Assembly (NCBI GenBank): GCA_004124475.1
Contig: SCKK01000008.1
Location: forward strand, 8,075-40,074
Length of the DNA stretch: 32,000 bases
From: Fidelibacterota bacterium
GTDB taxonomy: Bacteria > Fidelibacterota > Marinisomatia > Marinisomatales > SCKK01
Reading direction: 5' to 3'
The notes under the pieces are model-generated. The model made no database searches. It was not told the DNA's origin and saw nothing but the letters and a program-made list of their open reading frames with translations. Of the stretch, positions 9,041-17,224 are shown piece after piece. Numbering within the stretch: position 1 is the first letter of the stretch; each line of letters opens with the position of its first letter. The position numbers and the translations under genes are program-made.

Positions 9041-9254
9041 GGGTAGTCTCTCTCCTTCGCAGAACAACGTATGACAACGAATGAATACCCCGGCGTGCCC
9101 GAGAGTTTAGAGTCTCAGACCACAAGTTGCAAAATATTTGGCGGGGTCCCCGAGGTTCTGCGGGTAAAGCAGGTTAGGAAATTAAGAGAACGCAGTGGGA
9201 TCAGGAGCTAATAAAACCTCAGATTAAATCTGGTTCACTCAATGTGCCCAACGA

Positions 9255-12200
9255 TTAGAAAAGATAGCGGAGGCCGACCTGAATCTGCCAGCGCGAAAAG
9301 AGACCAGGGTCATCAATATATGTTTCCGCAGGTCCTGTAAAGTTGAGTTCAGGATTGCCGTTAGCGTCATATCCATTAAATCTTAGGGGTGAAGTTGCAG
9401 CAACGCTGGCAACTTTTCTTACTCCCCAATTTGAATTAAGGAGATTGGCAACATTCAGTATGTCAATACTCAACTGAATCTTATGACTCGTCTCTCCGAG
9501 TGATAACGCATAATCCTGGAGGATACGCAAATCAATGTTACTGTACCAGGGATTCACGGCGCCAAATCGTTCAGCGATCTCACCGCGATGCTCCTTCAAG
9601 TAATTGTCCTGCTCAATGAAAGCATCTAATGCTGTCCACTGTTCAGCTGCGGTAACTACATTTCCAGCTGAATTAGTAAAATCGACTAAATTGATTTCAC
9701 TTTGGTCGTTCGGAATGTAGATGAGGTCGTTGTTTGAAGGAGAACCGTCGCCGTTAATATCACCCGAATATGTAAATGAATAGCGATTCCCACCGGCTCC
9801 TGCAAATCTATTTCCTTCAGCTAATTCAAGGAACAAACCGAAGTGCGTTGTCAGTCTGTCCGACCAGCTATGACTGTAATTTCCAGCGCCTACGATTCGG
9901 TGCCGATGACCGAATTCGGAAAAGCTGAGTTCCGGCTTATTCGGATTGCCTTGAACCGGAGTCTGTTGCCACAATTCGAATGCGATTTCAGTCGATTTCA
10001 AATTACTTTTTGCCTCCGAGAAAGTATAAGATAGGCTGGTGTTAAGTCCGAAATCGAAATTCTTCCGCAGCTGCACCGTGAAGTTGAAATTGTACCCCTC
10101 GCTTGTGTTATCTATGATGTAAGCACCACTATAGGCATCGCCACTCCAAAGAGTATCTCCTCCGTCCAAAACCACAAAGGGATTCAGTATACCGCCTCCG
10201 TAAATGGGTCTGCCGTCAGGATCTGGAAGGTTTCCAACCGGAGCTGCCAAGTCGCCGTTTCTTAAATAAATCGCATTCAAATCTTTACCGTATAGAAATT
10301 CAAACGTTCCTAGAATATCCCAAGGTAGCTTCGTATCGACCGCAAAGTCTGTGGTCCAGACCTGTGGCCATTTAAAATCATCAACCATTGCATTCAGGAA
10401 GAAGCTCTGTTTCAAAACCGACCTGCCCTCATAGAGACGGCCCGAGCCGTCGTCAGTAACATGATCAGCTGGAATATCCTCTTCTGCAAGTCCTCCGTAA
10501 AACCCAAAAAGATTCGGATTTGGCCCTGGATTTGAAATATTATTTCCTATCCAGACAAATGGTAAACGTCCCGTAAAGATACCTGTACCTCCCCTCACTT
10601 GGAGCGACCGGTCTGCGTTGACATCCCAGTTGAAACCGACGCGGGGTGAAAACAAGAGACTTGCATCAGGGAGTTTACTCTGATCGACGGTCTCGGAGTC
10701 ACCATTTTCGTCCAACAGAATCATAGCTCTCGAGAATGGGTTATCAACAGGTTCCGTAAAATAAATTGGGCGATCTACACGGAGTCCGTATGTTAATTTA
10801 ATTTGTTCTGACATTTGAAATTCGTCTTGCACATAAAATGCCAGCTGACCCACCTCAATATTCTCGCCTACAAACGGACCGGAACCAACTAGCGCATTCA
10901 AGTCATAAAATTTTACGGCGCTATCTGGATTTGTTCGAGTATAGAAATTATCCACGGATGAAAATGTAGTAGCGCCAATACCATCCAGAAAATCGAAAGG
11001 AAGGAATCCCCCTGTCAGTATACCTAGATCAGCCGGTGCTAAAAATACACCGTGCCGGAATAGGTTGAATGAATTGAAGAAGTTGAATCGTTCATAGTTG
11101 ACGCCAACGGTATATACGTGCCTTCCGGAGAAATAACTGAGATTATTAGTAAACTGAAAGACATCCTGGTCTAATATGTTGTGTATCGAGAACGGTTCAT
11201 GACCCACCGTAGTATAAGTAATCCCATCTTCTCCAATCTCTATCGTTGGAAAATCCACGCTTACAGGTTTACGAAAATCGCGGAATTTATTATAGCTGAA
11301 AAAGAAGCGATTAGCAATTTTACTGCCGAACACACTGTTTAATTCCAGGGCATATGAATCTAGTTCGTTGTTGATTGTATATCCTGAATTCTGGAATGGC
11401 AAAGTGTTCTCGTTCGGTCCACGACCGGTACCTAAAAAACTGGCGGCAAATGGGTGCGGTGGCAGGTCACGAAATGCATCCAGCCTATTATATCTTAGAG
11501 TCAGGTTGTGATTATCATTGACGTTCCAATCTATCTTAAAGATTATCTTGTCGTTATCCGTACTGTGGAAATAATTTTCATATTCTCCCGTATCATAATT
11601 ATAGACGTCCTTCATGACCTTTCTAATTTCATCCATAGTTGCAGCACTGACGCGTGATTCACCAAATTCCACATTGCCATCTTGATCAGCCACAAAATTA
11701 CTGGCGGGATCCTCTCTTCTTTCTCTTTCAGCATTGAAGAAGAAAAATAGCTTATTTTGAATTATCGGCCCGCTGATAGTAAAACCTGTCTGATTGAACG
11801 ACAGGTTCGGTTTTGCAATTACTTCCTCTCCACTGACTTTATTACCGACAAAGCTTTCGTTCCTTGTATAACTATAAACCGATCCGTGAAATCGATTTGT
11901 GCCGCTCTTAGTTACCGTATTGATACCAGCACCGGTGAATCCGCCTTCACGTACGTCAAAGGGAGCAACAGAAACCTGCACTTGCTCAATGGCATCAATA
12001 GATACCGGTTCTGCGTTTGCCTGTCCACCTGGCGCGGGATCGTCTAACCCAAACGGATTGTTGAAATAGGAACCGTCGAGGGATATATTGTTATACAGCC
12101 AGTTCCTTCCACCAAAACTGAAATTGCCATCACTCCGAGGATCGAGCCGGGTGAGGTCTCGGACGCTCCTTTTGATCGATGGCATCAGCGCGACTTGCTC

Positions 12201-12638
12201 GGGCTTCACGTAAGTCGCGGCGCCCGTTCTGCCACTGTTTAAGACCTCATCCTGTTCCGCCACCACCTCGATCATTTCCATCTCAATAGCTTCTTGGACT
12301 AGTGTAAAATTGATCTTCACTCTTTGTCCTAACCGAAGTTGGATATTTTCTTCTTTCTGGGATTGGTAACCGATAAATGAGGCTGTCACTGAGTATGGGC
12401 CTCCGACTCTCATATTCAGAATATCAAAATAACCACCTTCTCTTACGGTCGTACCGTAACTGATGCCACTGGGTTCGTGCACAGCTATTACATTGGTACC
12501 GATTAGGGGCTCTCCATTTTCATCCGTTACTAGGCCGCCAATACTAGCCGTGGTCAACCCCTGTCCATATCCTGTCTGAACACCAAACAGGATTAATACA
12601 AGAGGAATTATGATTGCATTAACTTTTTGGATTTTCAC
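9255..12638 (-). CDS. TonB-dependent outer-membrane receptor, Oar-like, with N-terminal carboxypeptidase-regulatory-like domain
   Basis: 1127-aa ORF with GTG start preceded by AGGAGGG. Signal peptide and a beta-sandwich block (GGLVTDENGEPLIGTNVIAV...YSVTASFIGY). Long beta-barrel region ending ...QIQVGLRYLF with an aromatic terminus. Confidence 0.9.
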   Translation of the reverse strand: MKIQKVNAIIIPLVLILFGVQTGYGQGLTTASIGGLVTDENGEPLIGTNVIAVHEPSGISYGTTVREGGYFDILNMRVGGPYSVTASFIGYQSQKEENIQLRLGQRVKINFTLVQEAIEMEMIEVVAEQDEVLNSGRTGAATYVKPEQVALMPSIKRSVRDLTRLDPRSDGNFSFGGRNWLYNNISLDGSYFNNPFGLDDPAPGGQANAEPVSIDAIEQVQVSVAPFDVREGGFTGAGINTVTKSGTNRFHGSVYSYTRNESFVGNKVSGEEVIAKPNLSFNQTGFTISGPIIQNKLFFFFNAERERREDPASNFVADQDGNVEFGESRVSAATMDEIRKVMKDVYNYDTGEYENYFHSTDNDKIIFKIDWNVNDNHNLTLRYNRLDAFRDLPPHPFAASFLGTGRGPNENTLPFQNSGYTINNELDSYALELNSVFGSKIANRFFFSYNKFRDFRKPVSVDFPTIEIGEDGITYTTVGHEPFSIHNILDQDVFQFTNNLSYFSGRHVYTVGVNYERFNFFNSFNLFRHGVFLAPADLGILTGGFLPFDFLDGIGATTFSSVDNFYTRTNPDSAVKFYDLNALVGSGPFVGENIEVGQLAFYVQDEFQMSEQIKLTYGLRVDRPIYFTEPVDNPFSRAMILLDENGDSETVDQSKLPDASLLFSPRVGFNWDVNADRSLQVRGGTGIFTGRLPFVWIGNNISNPGPNPNLFGFYGGLAEEDIPADHVTDDGSGRLYEGRSVLKQSFFLNAMVDDFKWPQVWTTDFAVDTKLPWDILGTFEFLYGKDLNAIYLRNGDLAAPVGNLPDPDGRPIYGGGILNPFVVLDGGDTLWSGDAYSGAYIIDNTSEGYNFNFTVQLRKNFDFGLNTSLSYTFSEAKSNLKSTEIAFELWQQTPVQGNPNKPELSFSEFGHRHRIVGAGNYSHSWSDRLTTHFGLFLELAEGNRFAGAGGNRYSFTYSGDINGDGSPSNNDLIYIPNDQSEINLVDFTNSAGNVVTAAEQWTALDAFIEQDNYLKEHRGEIAERFGAVNPWYSNIDLRILQDYALSLGETSHKIQLSIDILNVANLLNSNWGVRKVASVAATSPLRFNGYDANGNPELNFTGPAETYIDDPGLFSRWQIQVGLRYLF

Positions 12639-12903
12639 TTTTTTCTTCCCTCCTTTTAAAAGGTGTTATAAAGTCGGAATTCTAATTTCCCATATTGAAA
12701 AACTAGGAGGTAGTATAGATTAAGAAATTAAATTTCCCAACAGAAAATTTGATTGTGTATAACATTTTTAAGGCGACCAAATTTCGATTAAACTAAATCA
12801 TGGATAAATAGGTTTGGACAGTGGTTAAACTTTGCACCTATTAGCTCATGTTTTTTTCTAAACGTTGCCGTAAATTTCTAACCAAATTTCAGGAGGTGAT
12901 CCA

Positions 12904-13341
12904 ATGAAAAAGGTTCTATTAAGTGTTTTAATAACGATGGGCGTGATTGGGGCGGTTACAACCCAAGATATAGATCAAAAGGAGGAATTATCCCCATATA
13001 AAAACATATCGGTAGAGGAATTAAAATCACGGTTGGATAATAAAGAGGATTTGGTCTTATTGGATGTGCGCACACCAGGGGAGTTCGATGGTCCCCTCGG
13101 TCATTTGGAAGGAGCGATACTAATTCCTGTACAAGAGCTTGAATTCCGGATTGATGAATTGGAGGACTATCAAGAGCGAGATATAATCGTATACTGCCGA
13201 AGTGGTAACCGGAGTAGAACAGCTACTGAGTTGTTATCAGCCTACGGTTTCCAAGTGACGAACCTTGAAGGAGGTATGAAGGCGTGGAATACGATGGAAA
13301 AGCTTCCTCAAGAAAAAGAAGGTGAGAAAGTTAATCCCTGA
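12904..13341 (+). CDS. Rhodanese-domain sulfurtransferase, secreted
   Basis: 145-aa ORF with SD AGGAGG and a signal peptide. LLDVRTPGEFDGPLGHLEGAILIP block and active-site loop CRSGNRS. Confidence 0.85.
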   Translation: MKKVLLSVLITMGVIGAVTTQDIDQKEELSPYKNISVEELKSRLDNKEDLVLLDVRTPGEFDGPLGHLEGAILIPVQELEFRIDELEDYQERDIIVYCRSGNRSRTATELLSAYGFQVTNLEGGMKAWNTMEKLPQEKEGEKVNP

Positions 13342-13367
13342 TTGAGAAATAATAGGGTATTCTAGTA

Positions 13368-13423
13368 TTCAAGTGTTTGGGTGTTTATGTGTTCAAGTGT
13401 TTGAGTGTTCGGGTGTTTATGTG
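13368..13423. repeat. Tandem direct repeat TTCAAGTGTTTG(..)GGTGTTTATGTG x2, GTGTT-rich
   Basis: Copy 1 is 13368-13391 (24 nt). Copy 2 is 13392-13423 (32 nt, carrying an extra AGTGTTCG). It lies in the spacer after the rhodanese gene. Confidence 0.8.
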
Positions 13424-13493
13424 AGATGGTTGTTACTGGAATTCCCCGAACCATAAACTAAAAAGAAGTAGATTTAGGAAAGGAAAGTGTCTT

Positions 13494-13712
13494 ATGCCCA
13501 TGTATGATTACTGCTGCAAGCAATGCGGAGATAAATTTGAAGAACTTATCTTTAGTCGGGATAAAGATAAGGAGATAATTTGTCCCAACTGTTCGAGTAA
13601 AGATGCAGAGCGCCTAATGAGTGCACCCGTATCTATTGGGACATCATCCCGAAGCTTCGGGACTTCTCCGGAAAAGTGCTGTCGAGTACAACGGGGAAGC
13701 AGCTTTTTGTGA
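13494..13712 (+). CDS. FmdB-family zinc-ribbon protein
   Basis: MPMYDYCCKQCGDKFEEL...CPNCSS is the canonical FmdB N-terminal CxxC...CxxC signature. The C-terminal third contains the palindrome at 13647-13662. Confidence 0.7.
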   Translation: MPMYDYCCKQCGDKFEELIFSRDKDKEIICPNCSSKDAERLMSAPVSIGTSSRSFGTSPEKCCRVQRGSSFL

Positions 13713-14063
13713 GCATGATAACCGACATCGGTCGATGCCTCTTGTTTAAGTTGTCGCTATCTTCTTAAGAGCTTTTCTGAATCCCAACGTTTGGACATCC
13801 ACAGCATCTGGTTACTCATTCTCATAATAGGGGTGCTGGGACTTCCCCTCTGGACAAAGCAAATCTATCCAGCGCTGCTTTTTGGTGTCTGGCTGGGATG
13901 GTGGATTCTTGAGCATTGGTATCCCGTTATGGTAGTGTGATCTACAATAATGTCGCTTGTGGTGCTCTGAAATGGAGAGAAAACAGGGTTCTTTTATCTT
14001 TTATTCGATAAATTTGTTTAGATTTCCTGTTTTCTTTCAGGTTCAATCTCTTTAATTTCACTA

Positions 14064-14249
14064 GTGAAACGGAGGGAGCTTATCCGATGGCTAAGGAAAA
14101 ATGGCGCCGTTATGATTCGAGAGGGAAGAAGACATTCTTTCTGGAGAAAGGGACATCTACATACTCAGATCCCTAGGCACACAGAAATTGTTAATATGTT
14201 GGCACGAAAGATTTGCAAAGACTTGGAAATTCCATTCAAGGGGGAATAA
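14064..14249 (+). CDS. hicA: Type II toxin-antitoxin system toxin, HicA family
   Basis: 61-aa ORF with GTG start. ELIRWLRKNGAVMIREGRRHSFW...IPRHTEIVNMLARKICKDLEIP matches the HicA/YcfA pattern (GSH-like block plus the P-x-H...IlKqlGi tail). Confidence 0.75.
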   Translation: MKRRELIRWLRKNGAVMIREGRRHSFWRKGHLHTQIPRHTEIVNMLARKICKDLEIPFKGE

Positions 14250-14252
14250 AGT

Positions 14253-14444
14253 ATGAAATATAGAGCTGTTACAAAAAAAGAAGGTGATTGGTGGATCGGT
14301 TGGTTGGTAGATTTACCAGGGGTAAACGCCCAGGAGAGAACATACGAAGAATTGGTTCAATCACTCAAGATTGGTGCAGAGGATATGTTATCCCTTAAAG
14401 TTGATCTGCCGGAAGATGCACGGCTGGAAACCATTGAAGTATAA
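14253..14444 (+). CDS. hicB: HicB-like antitoxin, N-terminal domain only
   Basis: 63-aa ORF starting 3 nt after hicA. YRAVTKKEGDWWIGWLVDLPGVNAQERTYEELVQSLKIGAEDML matches the HicB N-domain pattern. No appended DNA-binding domain. Confidence 0.7.
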   Translation: MKYRAVTKKEGDWWIGWLVDLPGVNAQERTYEELVQSLKIGAEDMLSLKVDLPEDARLETIEV

Positions 14445-14482
14445 TCGTAACTATTCAGGCGAAGGCAAAGAGTGTTGGACTA

Positions 14483-14498
14483 TCCGCCAGCTGGCGGA
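14483..14498. repeat. 16-nt perfect palindrome TCCGCCAGCTGGCGGA (member of a ...GGCGGACAGG-type repeat family)
   Basis: Read directly from the sequence. Relatives: CCTGTCCGCCTACTGGCGGA at 26472-26491, CGGCGGACAGG at 27665-27675, TGCGGACAGG at 23059-23068. Confidence 0.7.
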
Positions 14499-15012
14499 CA
14501 AAAATGCCCGTATGGCAACAATCCTTCGAATTATTGGTAAGGATTTATCCGAAGGATCCTTTGGAGAGCCTAAGAATAAAACACGCTTTTATCCACAGGA
14601 TGCTACGCATAAGATTTCACGCGGCAGTGCATATGAGATAATCAGTCATCCGTTAGCCAACGGACAGTGTTGCACTGTCATACATTAACGAAAAAACAAA
14701 GAGTATTTTGGTTGATTCTGTCCTAAGGATCTCCACAGGAGGCTGTTCCCTTTGGACAAGAAATATCATTCCTGCCTACCGCAGGCAGGGAGGAGCTATC
14801 CACAGGATCCATTGGAAATGATCTTATTCATTCGTTTTCCCAAAGTGTCTCCTTGTGAAGGAGTCTTAGCCTTAGCCTTTTTCTGGCAAATAGGCTGAAC
14901 AGTTACAAATAATGTTTTGTATCGTGATCAGGAATGATTTTTTTATTAATTGAATTCAATTTTATCTCTATTTGTTACAAAATCCGTTAAAATTCGGATT
15001 TCACATTTTCTC

Positions 15013-15041
15013 TTGACATTTTCAATAGGTCACTTTACAAT
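15013..15041 (+). promoter_or_regulatory. Sigma70-type promoter, TTGACA - 17 nt - TACAAT
   Basis: The -35 TTGACA is at 15013-15018, followed by an exact 17-nt spacer and the -10 TACAAT at 15036-15041, about 50 nt upstream of ATG 15093. A small 5'-UTR hairpin TGACG/CGTCA lies at 15046-15063. Confidence 0.55.
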
Positions 15042-15092
15042 TGGGTGACGTAAAGGGGCGTCAAATCGTTAATAATTAAATCCGAGGTAATT

Positions 15093-16196
15093 ATGAGGCG
15101 ATCCGCCAAATTTATAGTTTTTATAGTCTTTTTAATCTTTGCTGTTTCCTTGCAGGCAAAGAAGTACACCATAAGTGGTGTTGTTCTTAATTCAGAGGAG
15201 AAAAAAGTTCCTTCTGCTGAAGTGATCCTTATCGATTCTGATGGGAACGAGGTAGCTAAAGATGCCACAGGTAAAAGGTTAACGGGAAAAGGAAAGTTTA
15301 AATTTAAGAAAATCTCTTCCGGTAATTATACTCTTGAAGTATTTAAGGAAGACGTTGGTACATACTCAGAGGCAGTAACGGTTCCAGATGATGATGTGAA
15401 AATTACCGTCACATTATCAAAGAAAAAGAGAAGAGAATTGGTGGAAGAACCTGTTGAAAGAATCCCTGATGATGAGTATGTGACGACCGAACTGAGTTTT
15501 GAGATCAAGAAACTGACTGCGGAGATCGGCTACCTGGGAAGCCAGCTCAGAGATCTGCAGGCAAAGAGTGAAATGTGGACAAATCCCCTGTCCATCTACA
15601 GTAAAGAGATTATTCTGGACAATGGAACCACTATTTTTGGCAAGGTTGTCTACCAGGATGAGGAGATGCTTAAAGTAGAAACGCTTCTTGGCTACCTGGT
15701 GTTAAATCGGGAGCAGATTGTGCGGATTATTGATAATGTAATGACAGCGGAAGAACCTGAATACATTCCGGAACAGATTCGAGAAACCTATAGCCCACCC
15801 CCCATGCCCAAGCTTGCAAAACCTCGCTATACATCGGCAGCTCCCACAGAGCGACTACCGGACGTCAGTCGTTCGGCAAATATAGTTCTTGTTGGCAATG
15901 TATCTGAGACAAAGGATAGATCAAACAATATAACTTTCTCAGGAGAAGTGAAGAACATTGGTGGTCGTAGATCAGATTTTGTGAAAATGAATTTTGTTTT
16001 TCGAAAGAATTGGAGTGGTGAGACAAAAACTATTACAACATTTATCCGTGGCGCTTACCATACATTCGACACGGGCATTACTACCGATTCTTCTTTATTA
16101 CCGGGAGCGACAGGCACCTTTGAAATGGTTATCCCAGCCGATTTCGGCACATTTATCGGCTATTCATATACCATCGATTGGGAAGAATACGAGTGA
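15093..16196 (+). CDS. Secreted protein: carboxypeptidase-regulatory-like beta-sandwich, coiled coil, Pro-rich linker and C-terminal beta domain (first gene of the motor-like operon)
   Basis: 367-aa ORF with SD GAGG and a signal peptide (FIVFIVFLIFAVSLQA). YTISGVVLNSEEKKVPSAEVILIDSDGNEV...GNYTLEVF block. The function is unknown. Confidence 0.75.
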   Translation: MRRSAKFIVFIVFLIFAVSLQAKKYTISGVVLNSEEKKVPSAEVILIDSDGNEVAKDATGKRLTGKGKFKFKKISSGNYTLEVFKEDVGTYSEAVTVPDDDVKITVTLSKKKRRELVEEPVERIPDDEYVTTELSFEIKKLTAEIGYLGSQLRDLQAKSEMWTNPLSIYSKEIILDNGTTIFGKVVYQDEEMLKVETLLGYLVLNREQIVRIIDNVMTAEEPEYIPEQIRETYSPPPMPKLAKPRYTSAAPTERLPDVSRSANIVLVGNVSETKDRSNNITFSGEVKNIGGRRSDFVKMNFVFRKNWSGETKTITTFIRGAYHTFDTGITTDSSLLPGATGTFEMVIPADFGTFIGYSYTIDWEEYE

Positions 16197-17224
16197 AGAT
16201 TGGAACCGTAAAACAGAAACCGGTTTTTAGTTTACTCATACCGATTTTGTTTTTTTCAAACCTGCCAGCTCAGGAGTCTTTCACCGAAGACGCCTTTTTT
16301 CTTGACCTGGGTATCGTCATCGAGCTGGGCACAGGAAAAGAAGAAATCAATCGCCTCATAAAAGCGCCTTCAGAGCAGGTGAAGTTCTTTCTCGATAAAG
16401 AGCCCAGTGGCTCTGTGTTTATGGCTTCAACAAAGGAGCTTCAACTGACACTTGAACGGATCACAAAAAGAATGGAAAGCCTTGAGAGTTCTATATATTC
16501 TTTAGAGGGATTCTTTGAGAAAGAAGTGAACACACTAAAAAGCGAGAACAGCCACCTTAGAGAAATGATATCTGATTTACTGGCGCAAGAACCAGTGGTA
16601 CCACCGGCATTGGAGAAGTTGGTTGTCAGAATAGAAGAGGTGGTTTCAGATGTGGAACAGTTAAAAAATATATCCTCTGGTGAAACTAATATGTTGTTTG
16701 TCACTGGAATTGCACCTATTGAAAAACCGAAAGTTATTGAAACAGAAATGAGTAGTGAATACGTGAATAGACAATCATCTGGTATTAAGGATAAAACAGA
16801 AGATCTGGTAGAATCAGACCAGAACACTCGGGAAGAACAGAAAAGTTTTAGTAAGTTAACTTATATGGCGGCTGTATTCGCTTATCAGCGGGATGATTAT
16901 CAAAGTGCTTTAAGACAGTTTCGAAATTTATCGCTGATGGATACGGAAGACCTCACTGCAGGAAATGTACTTTACTGGATGGCGGATTGTTATTTTCAGC
17001 TTGGAGAATATGATGAAGCTCTGAGTACACTGGAGAGAATAAAGGAATTTTCAAAGTCCGACAGGCTTGATGATGCTTTGGTTTTGAGCGGCCTGTCATA
17101 TCGCCGTATGGGTAAAGAATCGCGAGCGGTCTCTGCATTTAGTGATGTGGTGAATAACTATCCGGAAAGTGAATATTACAGATTGGCTCAGATGGAGCTA
17201 AAAAAATCAGAGAAGCGACCATGA
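16193..17224 (+). CDS. Secreted coiled-coil + TPR protein, YbgF/CpoB-like C-terminal domain
   Basis: ORF-track 16178-17224. I prefer GTG 16193, which overlaps the upstream stop as GTGA. Signal-like VFSLLIPILFFSNLPAQ and a heptad-rich middle. C-terminal TPRs (YMAAVFAYQRDDYQSALRQF...NVLYWMADCYFQLGEYDEAL...ALVLSGLSYRRMGKESRAVSAFSDVVNNYPESEY). Confidence 0.75.
   Translation: MKIGTVKQKPVFSLLIPILFFSNLPAQESFTEDAFFLDLGIVIELGTGKEEINRLIKAPSEQVKFFLDKEPSGSVFMASTKELQLTLERITKRMESLESSIYSLEGFFEKEVNTLKSENSHLREMISDLLAQEPVVPPALEKLVVRIEEVVSDVEQLKNISSGETNMLFVTGIAPIEKPKVIETEMSSEYVNRQSSGIKDKTEDLVESDQNTREEQKSFSKLTYMAAVFAYQRDDYQSALRQFRNLSLMDTEDLTAGNVLYWMADCYFQLGEYDEALSTLERIKEFSKSDRLDDALVLSGLSYRRMGKESRAVSAFSDVVNNYPESEYYRLAQMELKKSEKRP

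Noticed and set aside
9213-9235. Weak hairpin (AACCAGAT-tta-ATCTGAGGTT on the - strand, followed by TTTATT) as the terminator of the TonB-dependent receptor gene
   Set aside because: The stem needs a 2-nt bulge and the U-tract is interrupted. It is plausible but too weak to list as a feature.
13368-13423. GTGTT-rich tandem repeat considered as a mini-CRISPR array
   Set aside because: There are only two adjacent units with no spacers, the units are 24-32 nt and contiguous, and there are no cas genes.
13722-13939. Hydrophobic reading frames in the FmdB-hicA spacer (e.g. ...IWLLILIIGVLGLPLW...)
   Set aside because: No ATG/GTG start with an SD is present, the two candidate frames conflict, and the best is about 47 aa from a TTG. 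Evidence is insufficient to call a gene.
14371-14688. 105-aa ORF overlapping the hicB 3' end
   Set aside because: It overlaps hicB out of frame, spans several dispersed palindromes, has odd composition (C/W/R-rich) and has no SD. It is most likely an artefact of the repeat-rich spacer.
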